From assembly GCA_963717505.1 (NCBI GenBank), contig OY970342.1:3712001-3776000 (forward strand): a stretch of 64,000 nucleotides of DNA, in the 5' to 3' direction. The translations under genes and the position numbers were made by a program. The DNA is from Candidatus Eiseniibacteriota bacterium. Lineage in GTDB: Bacteria; Eisenbacteria; RBG-16-71-46. The notes under the pieces were generated by a model. That model made no database searches. It saw nothing but the letters and a program-made list of their open reading frames with translations, and was not told where the DNA came from. The stretch's first letter is position 1; each line of letters opens with the position of its first letter. This document shows, in pieces, positions 39,125-48,512 of this stretch.

Positions 39125-41428
39125 ATGCTCGGGCGCTACGCGAACTGGCTCCACACTCGTTGGCCGGCGGGCACGGTCGAACGCTTCCCGGAAGTGCGCG
39201 AGGACGGCTCGACCAATGTGCCGGGCCTGTTCGTTTCCGGCGACCTGACCGGCGTTCCGCTACTCAAGTTCGCGCTCGACACCGGCGCACGCACCGTTCG
39301 CCGAATCGCCGCCGATCTCGGAGCACGCGCCGGCCGCGGCGAATCGGATCTGCTCGATCTGGCGATCGTCGGCGCCGGGGTCTCGGGGCTGGCGGCAGCG
39401 ATCGAAGCCCAGTCGGCGGGCTTGCGCTTCGCGGTGTACGAGTCGGTCGAGCCCTTGTTCACGTTGCAGAACTTCCCGCGCCGGAAACCGATCTACACCT
39501 ACCCGACCGAGATGAAACCGGCGGGCTCCCTCCAGGTCGGAGCCGGCGTCAAGGAAGCGCTGATCGAGGAGCTGCGCGAGCAGATTACGGCGGCCGGCAT
39601 CGCGCCGCGCCTCGAACGCGTCGAGCGGGTCGTGCGCGATGGCGACGGGTTCCGGCTATGCATGGCCGGTGGCCACGAGGCTCGGGCCCGCCGCGTGCTG
39701 GTGGCGATCGGGCGCAGCGGCCACTTTCGCCGACTCGCGGTTCCCGGCGAGGACCTGCCCAAGGTCTACCACCGGCTCCATGACCCGGCGGACTGGAGCG
39801 GCCAGCGCGCGCTGGTCGTGGGCGGCGGCGACTCCGCACTCGAGACCGCGATCGCGCTCGCGCAGTCCGGCGGCCACGTGACCGTGTGCCACCGGCGCTC
39901 GACGTTTTCCCGAGCCAAGTCCGAGAACCGGGAGATGCTCGAGGCCCTACGACGCGATCCTCGGGCCGAAGTCGCGATCGTGCATCCGGTTTCGGAGCAG
40001 ATCACCGCGGCGACCGCCGGGCTCGCGCGCAAACCGGGATCCCTCGCGCTGCGCATGGAGACCACCGTCCTCGAGATCCGCGAGCGCGAGGTCGCCGTCC
40101 GCGGCCCGGAGGGCGACGAGACCCTGGCCAACGACGTCGTGTTCGCGATGGTCGGCCGCGAGCCGCCACTGGATTTCTTCCGGCGTTCGGGCGTGCGTAT
40201 CGCAGGCGAGATGACGCCCGGCCGGTGGGCAGCGCTCGGGCTGTTCCTGCTGTTCTGCGTCTGGCTCTACGACTGGAAGTCGGGCGGTTTCTTCTCCGCA
40301 CTCTGGTACCGGAATCATTGGTTCCCGACCAACCTCGGCGATCTCCTGGCAGCCGCCGGCCGCGGGGTCGCGGCCGCCGCCGCCGACCGCCGAACCTTGC
40401 TGGGAACACTGGCGATCAGCGCGTCGAGTCCAGCCTTCTACTACACGCTGGCCTACTCGATCGTGGTCGCGGTGTTCGGGCTCAAGCGCATCCGACGCCG
40501 GCGGACACCTTACGTCGCAGCCCAGACCACGACCCTGATCGCGATTCAGGTGGTCCCTCTGTTCCTGCTGCCCGAAATCATCCTTCCGTGGCTCGATGCC
40601 CACGGGGCCCTGCCGCGCGCCCTCGCCGATGCGCTGTTCCCGGCCGTCGACTACGGGCATGGTCGCGAGTTCTGGCGCGCATACGGCCTGATCCTCGCGT
40701 GGCCGCTCAACGTCTACAACGTGTTCACCCCCGAGCCGTTGCCGGCCTGGCTCGCGATCTCGTTCGTGCAGACGCTGGTCCTGATTCCGCTCGGCATCTG
40801 GTTCTTCGGCAAGGGTGTGTACTGCGGGTGGATCTGCTCGTGCGGCGGCCTGGCCGAGACGCTGGGCGACGAGCACCGGCACAAGATGCCGCACGGTCCG
40901 GGGTGGAATCGCGCCAACCTCGCAGGACAAGGAGTGCTGGCGATCACGGTCGTCCTGCTCGGCGTGCGCATCGCCGGATGGCTGCTCCCCGAGGGCAACG
41001 CCGCCGCCCGCTTCTTCCCCACGCTCCAGGAGTCCTACAAGTGGACGGTCGACGTCTTCCTCGCCGGAGTGCTCGGCTACGGCGTCTACTTCTGGTTCTC
41101 GGGGCGATTCTGGTGCCGGTTCCTGTGCCCGCTCGCCGCGCTGATGCACGTCTTCGCGCGTTTCTCGAGCTTTCGCATCCTCGCCGACAAGAAGAAGTGC
41201 ATCTCGTGCGGGCAGTGCACCCGCGTGTGCCATCAGGGAATCGACGTCATGAGCTTCGCCAACAAGGGGACGCCGATGGCCGATCCGGAGTGCGTGCGCT
41301 GTTCGGCCTGCGTCGGCGTGTGTCCAACCGGCGTGCTCGAGTTCGGGCGGGTGGACGGCTCGGGCCGCGTGATCGGCCGAGATCGACTGCCGGCGTCTCT
41401 GGTCCAGATCGCCGAGCGGAACCCCTGA
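39125..41428 (+). CDS. FAD/NAD(P)-dependent oxidoreductase (TrxB-like) fused to NapH/MauN-like membrane ferredoxin domain
   Basis: IVGAGVSG and VVGGGDSA Rossmann motifs; TM helices; CGWICSC, CRFLCP; two 4Fe-4S motifs CISCGQCTRVC and CVRCSACVGVCP. Confidence 0.88.
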   Translation: MLGRYANWLHTRWPAGTVERFPEVREDGSTNVPGLFVSGDLTGVPLLKFALDTGARTVRRIAADLGARAGRGESDLLDLAIVGAGVSGLAAAIEAQSAGLRFAVYESVEPLFTLQNFPRRKPIYTYPTEMKPAGSLQVGAGVKEALIEELREQITAAGIAPRLERVERVVRDGDGFRLCMAGGHEARARRVLVAIGRSGHFRRLAVPGEDLPKVYHRLHDPADWSGQRALVVGGGDSALETAIALAQSGGHVTVCHRRSTFSRAKSENREMLEALRRDPRAEVAIVHPVSEQITAATAGLARKPGSLALRMETTVLEIREREVAVRGPEGDETLANDVVFAMVGREPPLDFFRRSGVRIAGEMTPGRWAALGLFLLFCVWLYDWKSGGFFSALWYRNHWFPTNLGDLLAAAGRGVAAAAADRRTLLGTLAISASSPAFYYTLAYSIVVAVFGLKRIRRRRTPYVAAQTTTLIAIQVVPLFLLPEIILPWLDAHGALPRALADALFPAVDYGHGREFWRAYGLILAWPLNVYNVFTPEPLPAWLAISFVQTLVLIPLGIWFFGKGVYCGWICSCGGLAETLGDEHRHKMPHGPGWNRANLAGQGVLAITVVLLGVRIAGWLLPEGNAAARFFPTLQESYKWTVDVFLAGVLGYGVYFWFSGRFWCRFLCPLAALMHVFARFSSFRILADKKKCISCGQCTRVCHQGIDVMSFANKGTPMADPECVRCSACVGVCPTGVLEFGRVDGSGRVIGRDRLPASLVQIAERNP

Positions 41429-41440
41429 CCCGCCTCGACC

Positions 41441-41478
41441 GAACGAAACAGGGGTGGCATGGAGTCATGCCACCCCTG
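41441..41478 (-). terminator. Intrinsic terminator after the cold-shock gene (between convergent genes)
   Basis: Perfect 13-bp inverted repeat CAGGGGTGGCATG (41449-41461) / CATGCCACCCCTG (41466-41478), 4-nt loop; followed by TTTCGTTC on the minus strand. Confidence 0.75.
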
Positions 41479-41496
41479 CGATCCGATCTGTTGGGT

Positions 41497-41709
41497 TCAG
41501 GTCGCGACGGCGATCCGGCGCACGTTCGACGCCTGGAGTCCCTTCGGTCCCCGGGTAATCTCGAACTCGACGCGTTCCCCCTCCGCGAGGGTCTTGAATC
41601 CATCGCCCTGAATGGCCGAGAAGTGAACGAAAACATCCTCGCCGCCGTCCTGAGAAATGAAACCGAAACCCTTGGCGTCGTTGAACCACTTGACGGTGCC
41701 GTTAGCCAC
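41497..41709 (-). CDS. Cold-shock protein (CspA family), 70 aa
   Basis: GTG 41709 with AAGGAG RBS; [15 protein letters not shown] and DVFVHFSAI (RNP1/RNP2). Confidence 0.96.
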   Translation of the reverse strand: MANGTVKWFNDAKGFGFISQDGGEDVFVHFSAIQGDGFKTLAEGERVEFEITRGPKGLQASNVRRIAVAT

Positions 41710-41877
41710 TGCGAACTCCTTGTTCTCCGGGGATCCGATCCCCAAGCATCGCGATTTCCGGCGCAAATTCGTGCCGGAACGACCACACGGGTGCCGCCGA
41801 CCAGACAGACAGCCGCGGAATCGCGTTCCGCGGCTGTACGGATGTGCGCGCAGGCGAGGCTCGGCGACAACGCGGGA

Positions 41878-41906
41878 AGTCTGCCTGTCGCAGAATGCCA
41901 CGTCAA
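41878..41906 (-). promoter_or_regulatory. Putative sigma70 promoter of the csp gene, giving a ~160-nt 5' UTR
   Basis: TTGACG-17 bp-CAGACT on the minus strand; long 5' UTRs are typical of cspA-family mRNAs. Confidence 0.55.
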
Positions 41907-41937
41907 GCACTTGTTCATTGCGGCAACCGCCGCCGTT

Positions 41938-42399
41938 TCAGTCGATTCCGACGAGTTCGATCTCGAAGATCAAGGTTGCGTTCGGCGGAATGCCGCCGCT
42001 GGGAGCACCCGGTTCTCCGTAGGCCAGGTTCGGCGGAACCGTCAACTTCCGGCGCCCGCCGATGCGCATTCCCTCGATGCCCTCGTCCCATCCTCGGATG
42101 ACCTGGCCTTCACCGACGACGAAGTTCATCGTCCGTCCGGTATCGAGTGAACTCTCGAACTTGGTGCCGTCGGTCAGCCAGCCGGTGTAGTGGACCCGGA
42201 CCCGCATGCCGAGCTCGGCCATGGGACCTTCTCCGACCTTGAGGTCCTCGTAGCGCAACCCGCTCGGGCGCGTGATCACGCCTGCCTCGACCTCGGCCAC
42301 CGGAGTGCCCGTTTCCGCGACTGCCTGCTCCTCGCTCCCCTTGCAGCCGGCCAGTGACGAAATCGCGGTCAGTGCGAGAAGCGGAATCCAGGCACGCAT
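41938..42399 (-). CDS. FKBP-type peptidyl-prolyl cis-trans isomerase, lipoprotein
   Basis: Lipobox LAGC; VHYTGWLTDGTKFESS, QVIRGWDEG, PPNLAYG, IPPNATLIFEIEL. Confidence 0.95.
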   Translation of the reverse strand: MRAWIPLLALTAISSLAGCKGSEEQAVAETGTPVAEVEAGVITRPSGLRYEDLKVGEGPMAELGMRVRVHYTGWLTDGTKFESSLDTGRTMNFVVGEGQVIRGWDEGIEGMRIGGRRKLTVPPNLAYGEPGAPSGGIPPNATLIFEIELVGID

Positions 42400-42440
42400 G
42401 GACGGCTCCTTTCCTCGTTGAGCACGCCGGGGTCCGATCG

Positions 42441-42456
42441 TGCAATTCGCTCGCCG
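42441..42456 (-). promoter_or_regulatory. Possible sigma54 (-24/-12) promoter upstream of the FKBP gene
   Basis: Minus strand CGGCGAG-CGAA-TTGCA keeps the GG-N10-GC spacing; the -24 element is imperfect. Confidence 0.25.
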
Positions 42457-42570
42457 GGCACGCTGTCACAAGTCGATCGTAGGCATCAAGCCCGGTCTCG
42501 CAGACCGGGCGCGGAGCGCCCGCGGGACCCGGCATCCGGCGGTCCGCCGCTGTGCTAGACTCGCGGCCCC

Positions 42571-44535
42571 TTGCGGAAGCTCACTCGAGCGTCTCCAAAC
42601 GTGCTCTGCCTCCCCCGGCGTCTCGCGGCCCCCATCTCGATTCTTCTGATCGCGTCGTGTCCGTTCGACGCGCCGGCGGATCCTTCCTTCGGCGCCATGG
42701 ACCTGGACTCGACGTTCGCGTTTGGGGCCGCGCCCCGGCCCTTGAGTCCCATCGCGGCGCGCTCGGAGGACCTCGAGTTCGAGAACATCCGAAGTGACTC
42801 GGGGACCATCAGCCGCATCGCCTACGAGAACCGGCGGTTCCGCCACAGCATGGACGCGTTTGGTCACGTGGCCCGCGGCCGCTACAACGTCGTGGCCTAC
42901 GAACAGCGGCTGGGAATGACCGCCGCCCGGATCCAGCGAACCGCCGGACCCGAGGGGCCGCGGTTCCGCGTGAACTATCCGAGCGACCGCGGGTTCGAGG
43001 GTCCTCCCGGAGGCTGGAAGCGGAGACCGACCTATCGACGCGCCGATCTGGTCGTGGGTCCGCTGCTCGCCTACGACCTCGGCCGCATCGATCGTCCGGT
43101 TCAGGTCCAGTTCGAGACCCAGGTGGCGCTGCGCTACAACCCGTGGCCCGGTGGACTCGCGGTCGGCTCGATTCTGTTCCCGATGTACAGCGACTTCGAG
43201 CCCGACATTCTCCACCCGGATGTCGAGAACATCCGTCCGGGCCAGCTCAAGTTCGACCAGTACCTGTGGATCCCCGGGCTGGCTCTGGCGTCCGGCAGCG
43301 CCGGCGTCTATCCCGACAACCGCTACGGCACCTCGTTCGGCGTGGCGCGTCCGCTGTTCGAGGGTTCGGTGCTGCTCGACGCTCAGATCGACGTGACCGG
43401 CTTCGTCGCGTTCAACGACGTGGGCATCGAGTATTCGCCGGCCGAGCAGGTGAGCGCCTACGGCGCCGCGAGCTGGCTGCCGCCGTGGCGTGACATCACG
43501 CTGCGCGCGCGCTATGCGCGCTTTCTCTATGGGGACGAGGGCGCCGAGCTGTCGTTCCTGCGCGACTTCGGTGACTTCAGCGTGCAGTTCCTGCTCACCA
43601 AGTCGAACGATCTGACCGTCGAGACGGTACGTCTGGTGTTCCCGATTCCACCGATGACTCGAACTCCGATCGCGCCCCTGAACCCGATGCTCGTCGAGCG
43701 ATTCCCCATCTCGTTCCGCACCGACGCCACCCCGGTCGGAAAGTCCCTGGTCGGAGCGGCCTCACGCGAGGAGTACCTCCGGCAGCTGGGGCGACCGAGT
43801 CTGGTCAACAACGAGTACCGTTACCGCCGCGCCCAGGGGCCAAAACCCCCCGAGCCCGAGCCGGAACCCATCAACTGGGCCAACCACTCGGGGATGACCG
43901 GGTTCATCATCACCCCCTGGGCCGGGGTCCAGCCTGAGTCCCATATCGAGGCGGGCTATACCTATATGCCGAAGAAGTGGGCCTACAACCAGGAGGGCAC
44001 CGAGCGGGGCGTTTACCACAACGAAATCTATTACGCTTCTCTGGGACTCTTGCCGCGTTTGGAGATCGGACTCCGGATCACCCGGACCCCTGGGTACAAT
44101 CCGTTTGGCGACATCGATCTGAGTTCGCAACTGACAACCGACACGGACCATATGGCGAGCTTCAAGGTCGGGCTGCTCGAGCCCAAACCGGGGCGTCCCG
44201 GACTGGCGGTTGGGGTCGAGGACATCCAGGGGACCCGCCGGTACCACTCGGCTTATCTCGTGGCAGGCCTCCCCCACGAAATCTTTCGCGTGCAAAGTAG
44301 GTTCAGCTTAGGTTATGCTTCTCGCGTCTTCACGGCATCTCGCTATGTTCTCGATGGCGTCTTTGGCGCAATCGAAGTTTCCCCATGGCGGGCCGTGGCG
44401 GCTCGATTCGAGTACGACACCGAGAAAATCAACGTGGGGCTCGGCTTCGATCTCGGATTTGGGTTGCGCATCCGTGCGGCAGCACTCAATATGGAGTCCT
44501 TGAGTGCCGGCGTGGGATGGCACCACAAGCTGTGA
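42571..44535 (+). CDS. YjbH/GfcD-like outer-membrane beta-barrel protein
   Basis: Amphipathic beta-strands; GQLKFDQY and RFLYGDEG segments; SGMTGFIITPWA segment resembling the YjbH N-terminal motif; exact start uncertain (TTG 42571). Confidence 0.7.
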   Translation: MRKLTRASPNVLCLPRRLAAPISILLIASCPFDAPADPSFGAMDLDSTFAFGAAPRPLSPIAARSEDLEFENIRSDSGTISRIAYENRRFRHSMDAFGHVARGRYNVVAYEQRLGMTAARIQRTAGPEGPRFRVNYPSDRGFEGPPGGWKRRPTYRRADLVVGPLLAYDLGRIDRPVQVQFETQVALRYNPWPGGLAVGSILFPMYSDFEPDILHPDVENIRPGQLKFDQYLWIPGLALASGSAGVYPDNRYGTSFGVARPLFEGSVLLDAQIDVTGFVAFNDVGIEYSPAEQVSAYGAASWLPPWRDITLRARYARFLYGDEGAELSFLRDFGDFSVQFLLTKSNDLTVETVRLVFPIPPMTRTPIAPLNPMLVERFPISFRTDATPVGKSLVGAASREEYLRQLGRPSLVNNEYRYRRAQGPKPPEPEPEPINWANHSGMTGFIITPWAGVQPESHIEAGYTYMPKKWAYNQEGTERGVYHNEIYYASLGLLPRLEIGLRITRTPGYNPFGDIDLSSQLTTDTDHMASFKVGLLEPKPGRPGLAVGVEDIQGTRRYHSAYLVAGLPHEIFRVQSRFSLGYASRVFTASRYVLDGVFGAIEVSPWRAVAARFEYDTEKINVGLGFDLGFGLRIRAAALNMESLSAGVGWHHKL

Positions 44536-44654
44536 AGGTTTCAATTCACGGGGCATCCAGGGACGGGTGTTCAAAGAAAGCGCCAGGGAACTGGCAACAA
44601 TGCTCAGCGCCACAGGCCCTCCCTTGGCCGTGCGCGAGGAGATGGAGGACCGCG

Positions 44655-45083
44655 ATGAACTTCGATCACCGCAACCCGCGCCTTCGCCGGGGCTTCGCCT
44701 TCGTTGCGCTTGCGGCACTGCTGGGCCTTGCTGTCGTCGGGCTCTCGCAGTGTCGTCTGGTGGACGATTCGGTCACCGGAGTCGACCTGCAGGCCGAGTC
44801 CAGCGTGCACGGGCGCAACAGCTGCGTCCACGAGTGCATCAAGGACTACAAGGCTTGTCTGCGCGCTGAGAAGGCCCGTCACAAGGCGGCCCTCAAAGCG
44901 TGCGGCGGCGACGATGACGACGACGATGACGATGATGGCGGCGGACACCACAACAGCGGTAGCGACCTCTGCCGGAAGCAAGAGAACCTGCTCCACAAGG
45001 TCAAGCTGCTCGAGTGCTTCAACGCCTTCAAGGATTGCAAGAAGAACTGCTACAACGAGGGTGCCGGTTCCGGCGGACAGTAA
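44655..45083 (+). CDS. Small Cys-rich, poly-Asp putative lipoprotein (142 aa)
   Basis: GGAGG RBS; basic N-terminus, hydrophobic core, LSQC possible lipobox; eight further Cys; D9 tract; followed by a terminator. Confidence 0.85.
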   Translation: MNFDHRNPRLRRGFAFVALAALLGLAVVGLSQCRLVDDSVTGVDLQAESSVHGRNSCVHECIKDYKACLRAEKARHKAALKACGGDDDDDDDDDGGGHHNSGSDLCRKQENLLHKVKLLECFNAFKDCKKNCYNEGAGSGGQ

Positions 45084-45129
45084 ACCCTCACCCGACCAGG
45101 CTCCTTCGGAGCTTGACGGGATACGAATC

Positions 45130-45163
45130 GCGGGACGCTCTCACGAGCGTCCCGCTTCGTTTT
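45130..45163 (+). terminator. Intrinsic terminator
   Basis: Perfect 11-bp stem GCGGGACGCTC / GAGCGTCCCGC, TCAC loop, then TTCGTTTT. Confidence 0.8.
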
Positions 45164-45236
45164 ACCCCGGAACGCGCATCGCCTATGCTCCGGGGCCGCG
45201 ATTCACACGACCATCCCTCATTCCCATGGAGCGACG

Positions 45237-45335
45237 ATGACTTCGTTCAAGCACCGCCTGCGCCGGCAACGCGCGAAGCGTGCCCAGCGCAAGAAGAAGG
45301 AACGCGCGGTCGCGCGCAAGAAGACGCGGCGCTAG
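45237..45335 (+). CDS. 32-aa Lys/Arg-rich small protein (below the ORF-track cutoff)
   Basis: MTSFKHRLRRQRAKRAQRKKKERAVARKKTRR*; GGAG 5 nt before ATG; TATGCT at 45184-45189; host-like codons (AAG, CGC). Confidence 0.7.
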   Translation: MTSFKHRLRRQRAKRAQRKKKERAVARKKTRR

Positions 45336-45360
45336 TCGCGCCGGAGGGTTCGGTGGGGAA

Positions 45361-46089
45361 CTACGTGAGCTCGAGGTGCTTGAGGTCGATCGGCACGAAC
45401 AGCCCGCCCCCCTGGCCCCCGAACAAGTCCTGTCCCCGGCGCAGCGCGTCCGAGGGGACGTCCATGACCGGCAGCTCGAGCCGGTCGACCGCCGCCACCC
45501 GCGGGGTGGTCGGCAGGGAGTAGCGCTCGCTCGCGAGATAGTCCTCGAACTCGTCGAGCGTCCAGGAATAGAGCACGTCGACTTCCCAGATCAGGCTGAC
45601 TTCCTTGCCCCGGATCAGGTCCGGCGGGTCGTCCGGGGGCGCCGGCTTGAGCGATCCGACCGCGCAACAGTCGCAGCCGAACCAGAAGTCGAGCGGACCG
45701 TCGAGCACCAGGTTGCGGGCGACTCGGGCTTCGGTTGGCGCGTCCTTCCAGATGTGGCCCGAAAGCTCGGCGATCGAGAACAGGTAGCGCAGGAGCGCGC
45801 GCGGGTCGTCGGAAGCCGCCCCCCGCAGTCCGGTCGACAGCACCCTCAGGTTCCGGGCGGCCTCGAGCCGCACCCAGGGCGACCGGCGAGTGCACAGCGA
45901 GGTCAGCCCCTGGAGGGTACCGTCGAGCCGCTCGCGGACCACGCTGAGCACGTCCGCAAACGAGCCCTCTCCCTTCTCGAGGAACTCGACCGTGCGCCGC
46001 ATCGCCTGGTTGAGCGGCATGTAGGCGCCGCGCAGGGTGGACCAATCCTCGGTCAGGCGCTGCTTCGCAATGACATCCCAATCCGCCAC
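45361..46089 (-). CDS. Hypothetical protein (242 aa)
   Basis: AAGGAG RBS; TATACT -10 box at 46140-46145; host-like codon usage; CDCC motif; family not recognised. Confidence 0.75.
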   Translation of the reverse strand: MADWDVIAKQRLTEDWSTLRGAYMPLNQAMRRTVEFLEKGEGSFADVLSVVRERLDGTLQGLTSLCTRRSPWVRLEAARNLRVLSTGLRGAASDDPRALLRYLFSIAELSGHIWKDAPTEARVARNLVLDGPLDFWFGCDCCAVGSLKPAPPDDPPDLIRGKEVSLIWEVDVLYSWTLDEFEDYLASERYSLPTTPRVAAVDRLELPVMDVPSDALRRGQDLFGGQGGGLFVPIDLKHLELT

Positions 46090-46183
46090 GATGGCTCCTT
46101 CCGGCCGGGGACGACCCTGCGGCCCAATGTGGAGGAGCGAGTATAGCGACGGCCTGTGGATGGCACCAGCCGCCGGCGGAACT

Positions 46184-47267
46184 TCAGCCCTCGGGGAGCG
46201 GGGCCATCGCCGGCCGCTCGACGTCGACGCTTGCCCGAGCCTCGCTCGCGGCGCGCGCGGCGTCGAGCGCGCTCTGGACGGCGACCGCGTCCGTGAAGTC
46301 GGGCGACATCGGCTGGCGATCGCGAATCGCGCGTCGCAGTTGCTCGATCAAGGCCCCGAAGGGTGCGACCAGCGCCGGGTCCCCCTCCTGTCGATCGAGC
46401 GCCAGAGCCGCGGGAATCTCCAGCTCTTCGGGTTCGCGGCCGGCCGCGATCCGCCACAGGCGGTAGCCGGTCTCGTCCCAGCGCAACGTGGCTTCGGCGC
46501 CGTGGATCTCGAAACGCTCCCAGCGGTAGGGCGCGGTCGCGTTCAGGTCGATGAGCCCGGTCGCACCCGAGTCGAACTCGTAGAGCACCGTGCACGCATC
46601 GTCGGCGGTGGCCCGGTGCCGCGCCGTCACCGGTTCCGCGCCACGGTTGATCGACGCGCACCGAGGCCTGGACGCGACGCGGCTCGCCGAAGAACAGCCG
46701 CAGGCAATCGGTGTGGTGGGAACCCAGGGCGCCGAGGATGCCGCCGCCCCGCCGTCGCTCGGAGAGCCAGGTGAGCCCGCGCGACTCCGGCCGCGGCCAG
46801 AGGGCATAGCGTCCAAGAATCTCACCGCGCCGCGGCGCGCCGATCCCGCCCTGTCGCACCAGATCGAGCGCATGCTGCCGCGCGGGAAAGAAGCGGAACT
46901 CGTGATTGATCGCCGCCACCCGACCGGCGGCCGCCGCGCGCTCGCGCATCTCGGCCGCCTGGAATCGATGGAGCGCCGTGGGTTTCTCGCACAGGACGTG
47001 CGCGCCGCGTTCGAGGGCCGCCAGCATCATCGGGTGGTGGAGATCGACCGGCGTCACGATGCTGACCAGCTCGGGCCGGAGCTGGTCGAGCATGCGCGTC
47101 CAGTCGGTGAAGCCGGCGACCGCGAGGGCGCCGGCCGCGGCGAACGTCCGCTCTGGGTCGGAGCCGGCGATGCCCACCAATTCGAATCCCGGATGGCGCC
47201 GGAAGCCCATGCCCTGGACGGTGCGCCCGAACCCGGTGCCGATGATCGCGACTCGAATCCGCTCCAC
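46184..47267 (-). CDS. Gfo/Idh/MocA family oxidoreductase; one +1 frameshift near 46620
   Basis: IIGTGFG, HVLCEKP, NHEFRF, GGGILGALGSHHTD in one frame; continues as ATADDAC...EIHGAEATL...PDFTDA in the next frame. Confidence 0.88.
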
Positions 47268-47353
47268 GAAACCTCCCCGCGCGCGGTCTGATATCTTGTC
47301 CGGCCGCGTCCCGGCAGCGGCCGGCCGCGCCACCCTCGCACAAGGAGACCCTG

Positions 47354-48475
47354 ATGCGCGACCCGCGCAACGCGCGCCTGGCGGACATCATCGTGAAGCA
47401 CTCGACCCAGCTCCGGCGCGGCGAGGCGATCCTGATCGAGTCCTTCGACCTGGCGGACGGACTGGTGCTCGACCTGATCGACGCGGTGCACGGCGTCGGC
47501 GGCGATTCCGCTGGTCGCCCTGCGCAGCAATGCCGTACACCGCGCCCTGCTGCGCGGCGGGAACGAGGCGTTCTATCGGCTCCTCGCCGACATCGAGCTG
47601 CACCAGATGCAGAAGGTCCAGGCCTACGTCGGGCTGCGCGCCGCGAGCAACAGCTCCGAGCTGGCCGACGTGCCGTCCGAACAGCTGGCGCTGCACTCGC
47701 GGCTGGTCGCGCATCCGGTCCATCTCGACTACCGCGTCAACCACACGCGCTGGGTCGTGCTTCGCTACCCGAACGCGGCCATGGCGCAGATGGCCGGGAT
47801 GAGCACCGACCAGTTCGAGGACTTCTACTACCGCGCGTGCACCATGGACTACGCGCGCATGGCGGCCGCCATGGTCCCGCTGCGTGAGCGCATGGAGCGC
47901 ACCGACCGGGTGCGCATCACCGGACCCGGGCACCGACCTGCAGCTTCAGCATCAAGGGGATCGGCGTGGTCCCGTGCGAGGGACGGCGCAACCTGCCCGA
48001 CGGCGAGTGCTTCACCGCGCCGGTGCGCGATTCGGTGCACGGCACGATCACCTACAACACGCCGTCGCTCTACCTGGGAACCACGTTCGAGCGACTGTCG
48101 TTCACGTTCGAGGGCGGCCGCATCGTGCGCGCCGAGGGCGATCCCCAGGACCGGCTGGAAGCCGTGCTCGACACCGACGAGGGCGCCCGCTATGTCGGCG
48201 AGTTCTCGCTCGGATTCCATCCGTTCATCCTGAAACCGATGAAGGACACCTTGTTCGACGAGAAGATCTCGGGCTCGCTCCACTTCACCCCGGGCCAGGC
48301 CTACGGCACCGCGGACAATGGCAATCGGTCCAACATCCACTGGGACCTGGTGCTGATCCAGCGACCGGAGTACGGCGGCGGCGAGATCTGGTTCGACGGC
48401 GAGCGCATCCGCAAGGAAGGCCGGTTCGTGGTTCCGGAGCTCGAAGGCCTGAACCCCGAGCGGCTCGGCGCATGA
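47354..48475 (+). CDS. M29 (AmpS/aminopeptidase T-like) aminopeptidase; three +1 frameshifts (~47504, ~47928, ~47941)
   Basis: AAGGAG RBS; [10 protein letters not shown] start, [46 protein letters not shown] distributed across frames. Confidence 0.88.
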
Positions 48476-48512
48476 TCGGCGGCCGGCGGCGGCCGGCGCC
48501 GACGCCCAAACC

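Noticed and set aside
44910-44936. GAC/GAT trinucleotide repeat as a contingency (phase-variation) locus
   Set aside because: Mixed synonymous codons encoding D9 indicate selection on the protein rather than slippage; length changes would stay in frame.
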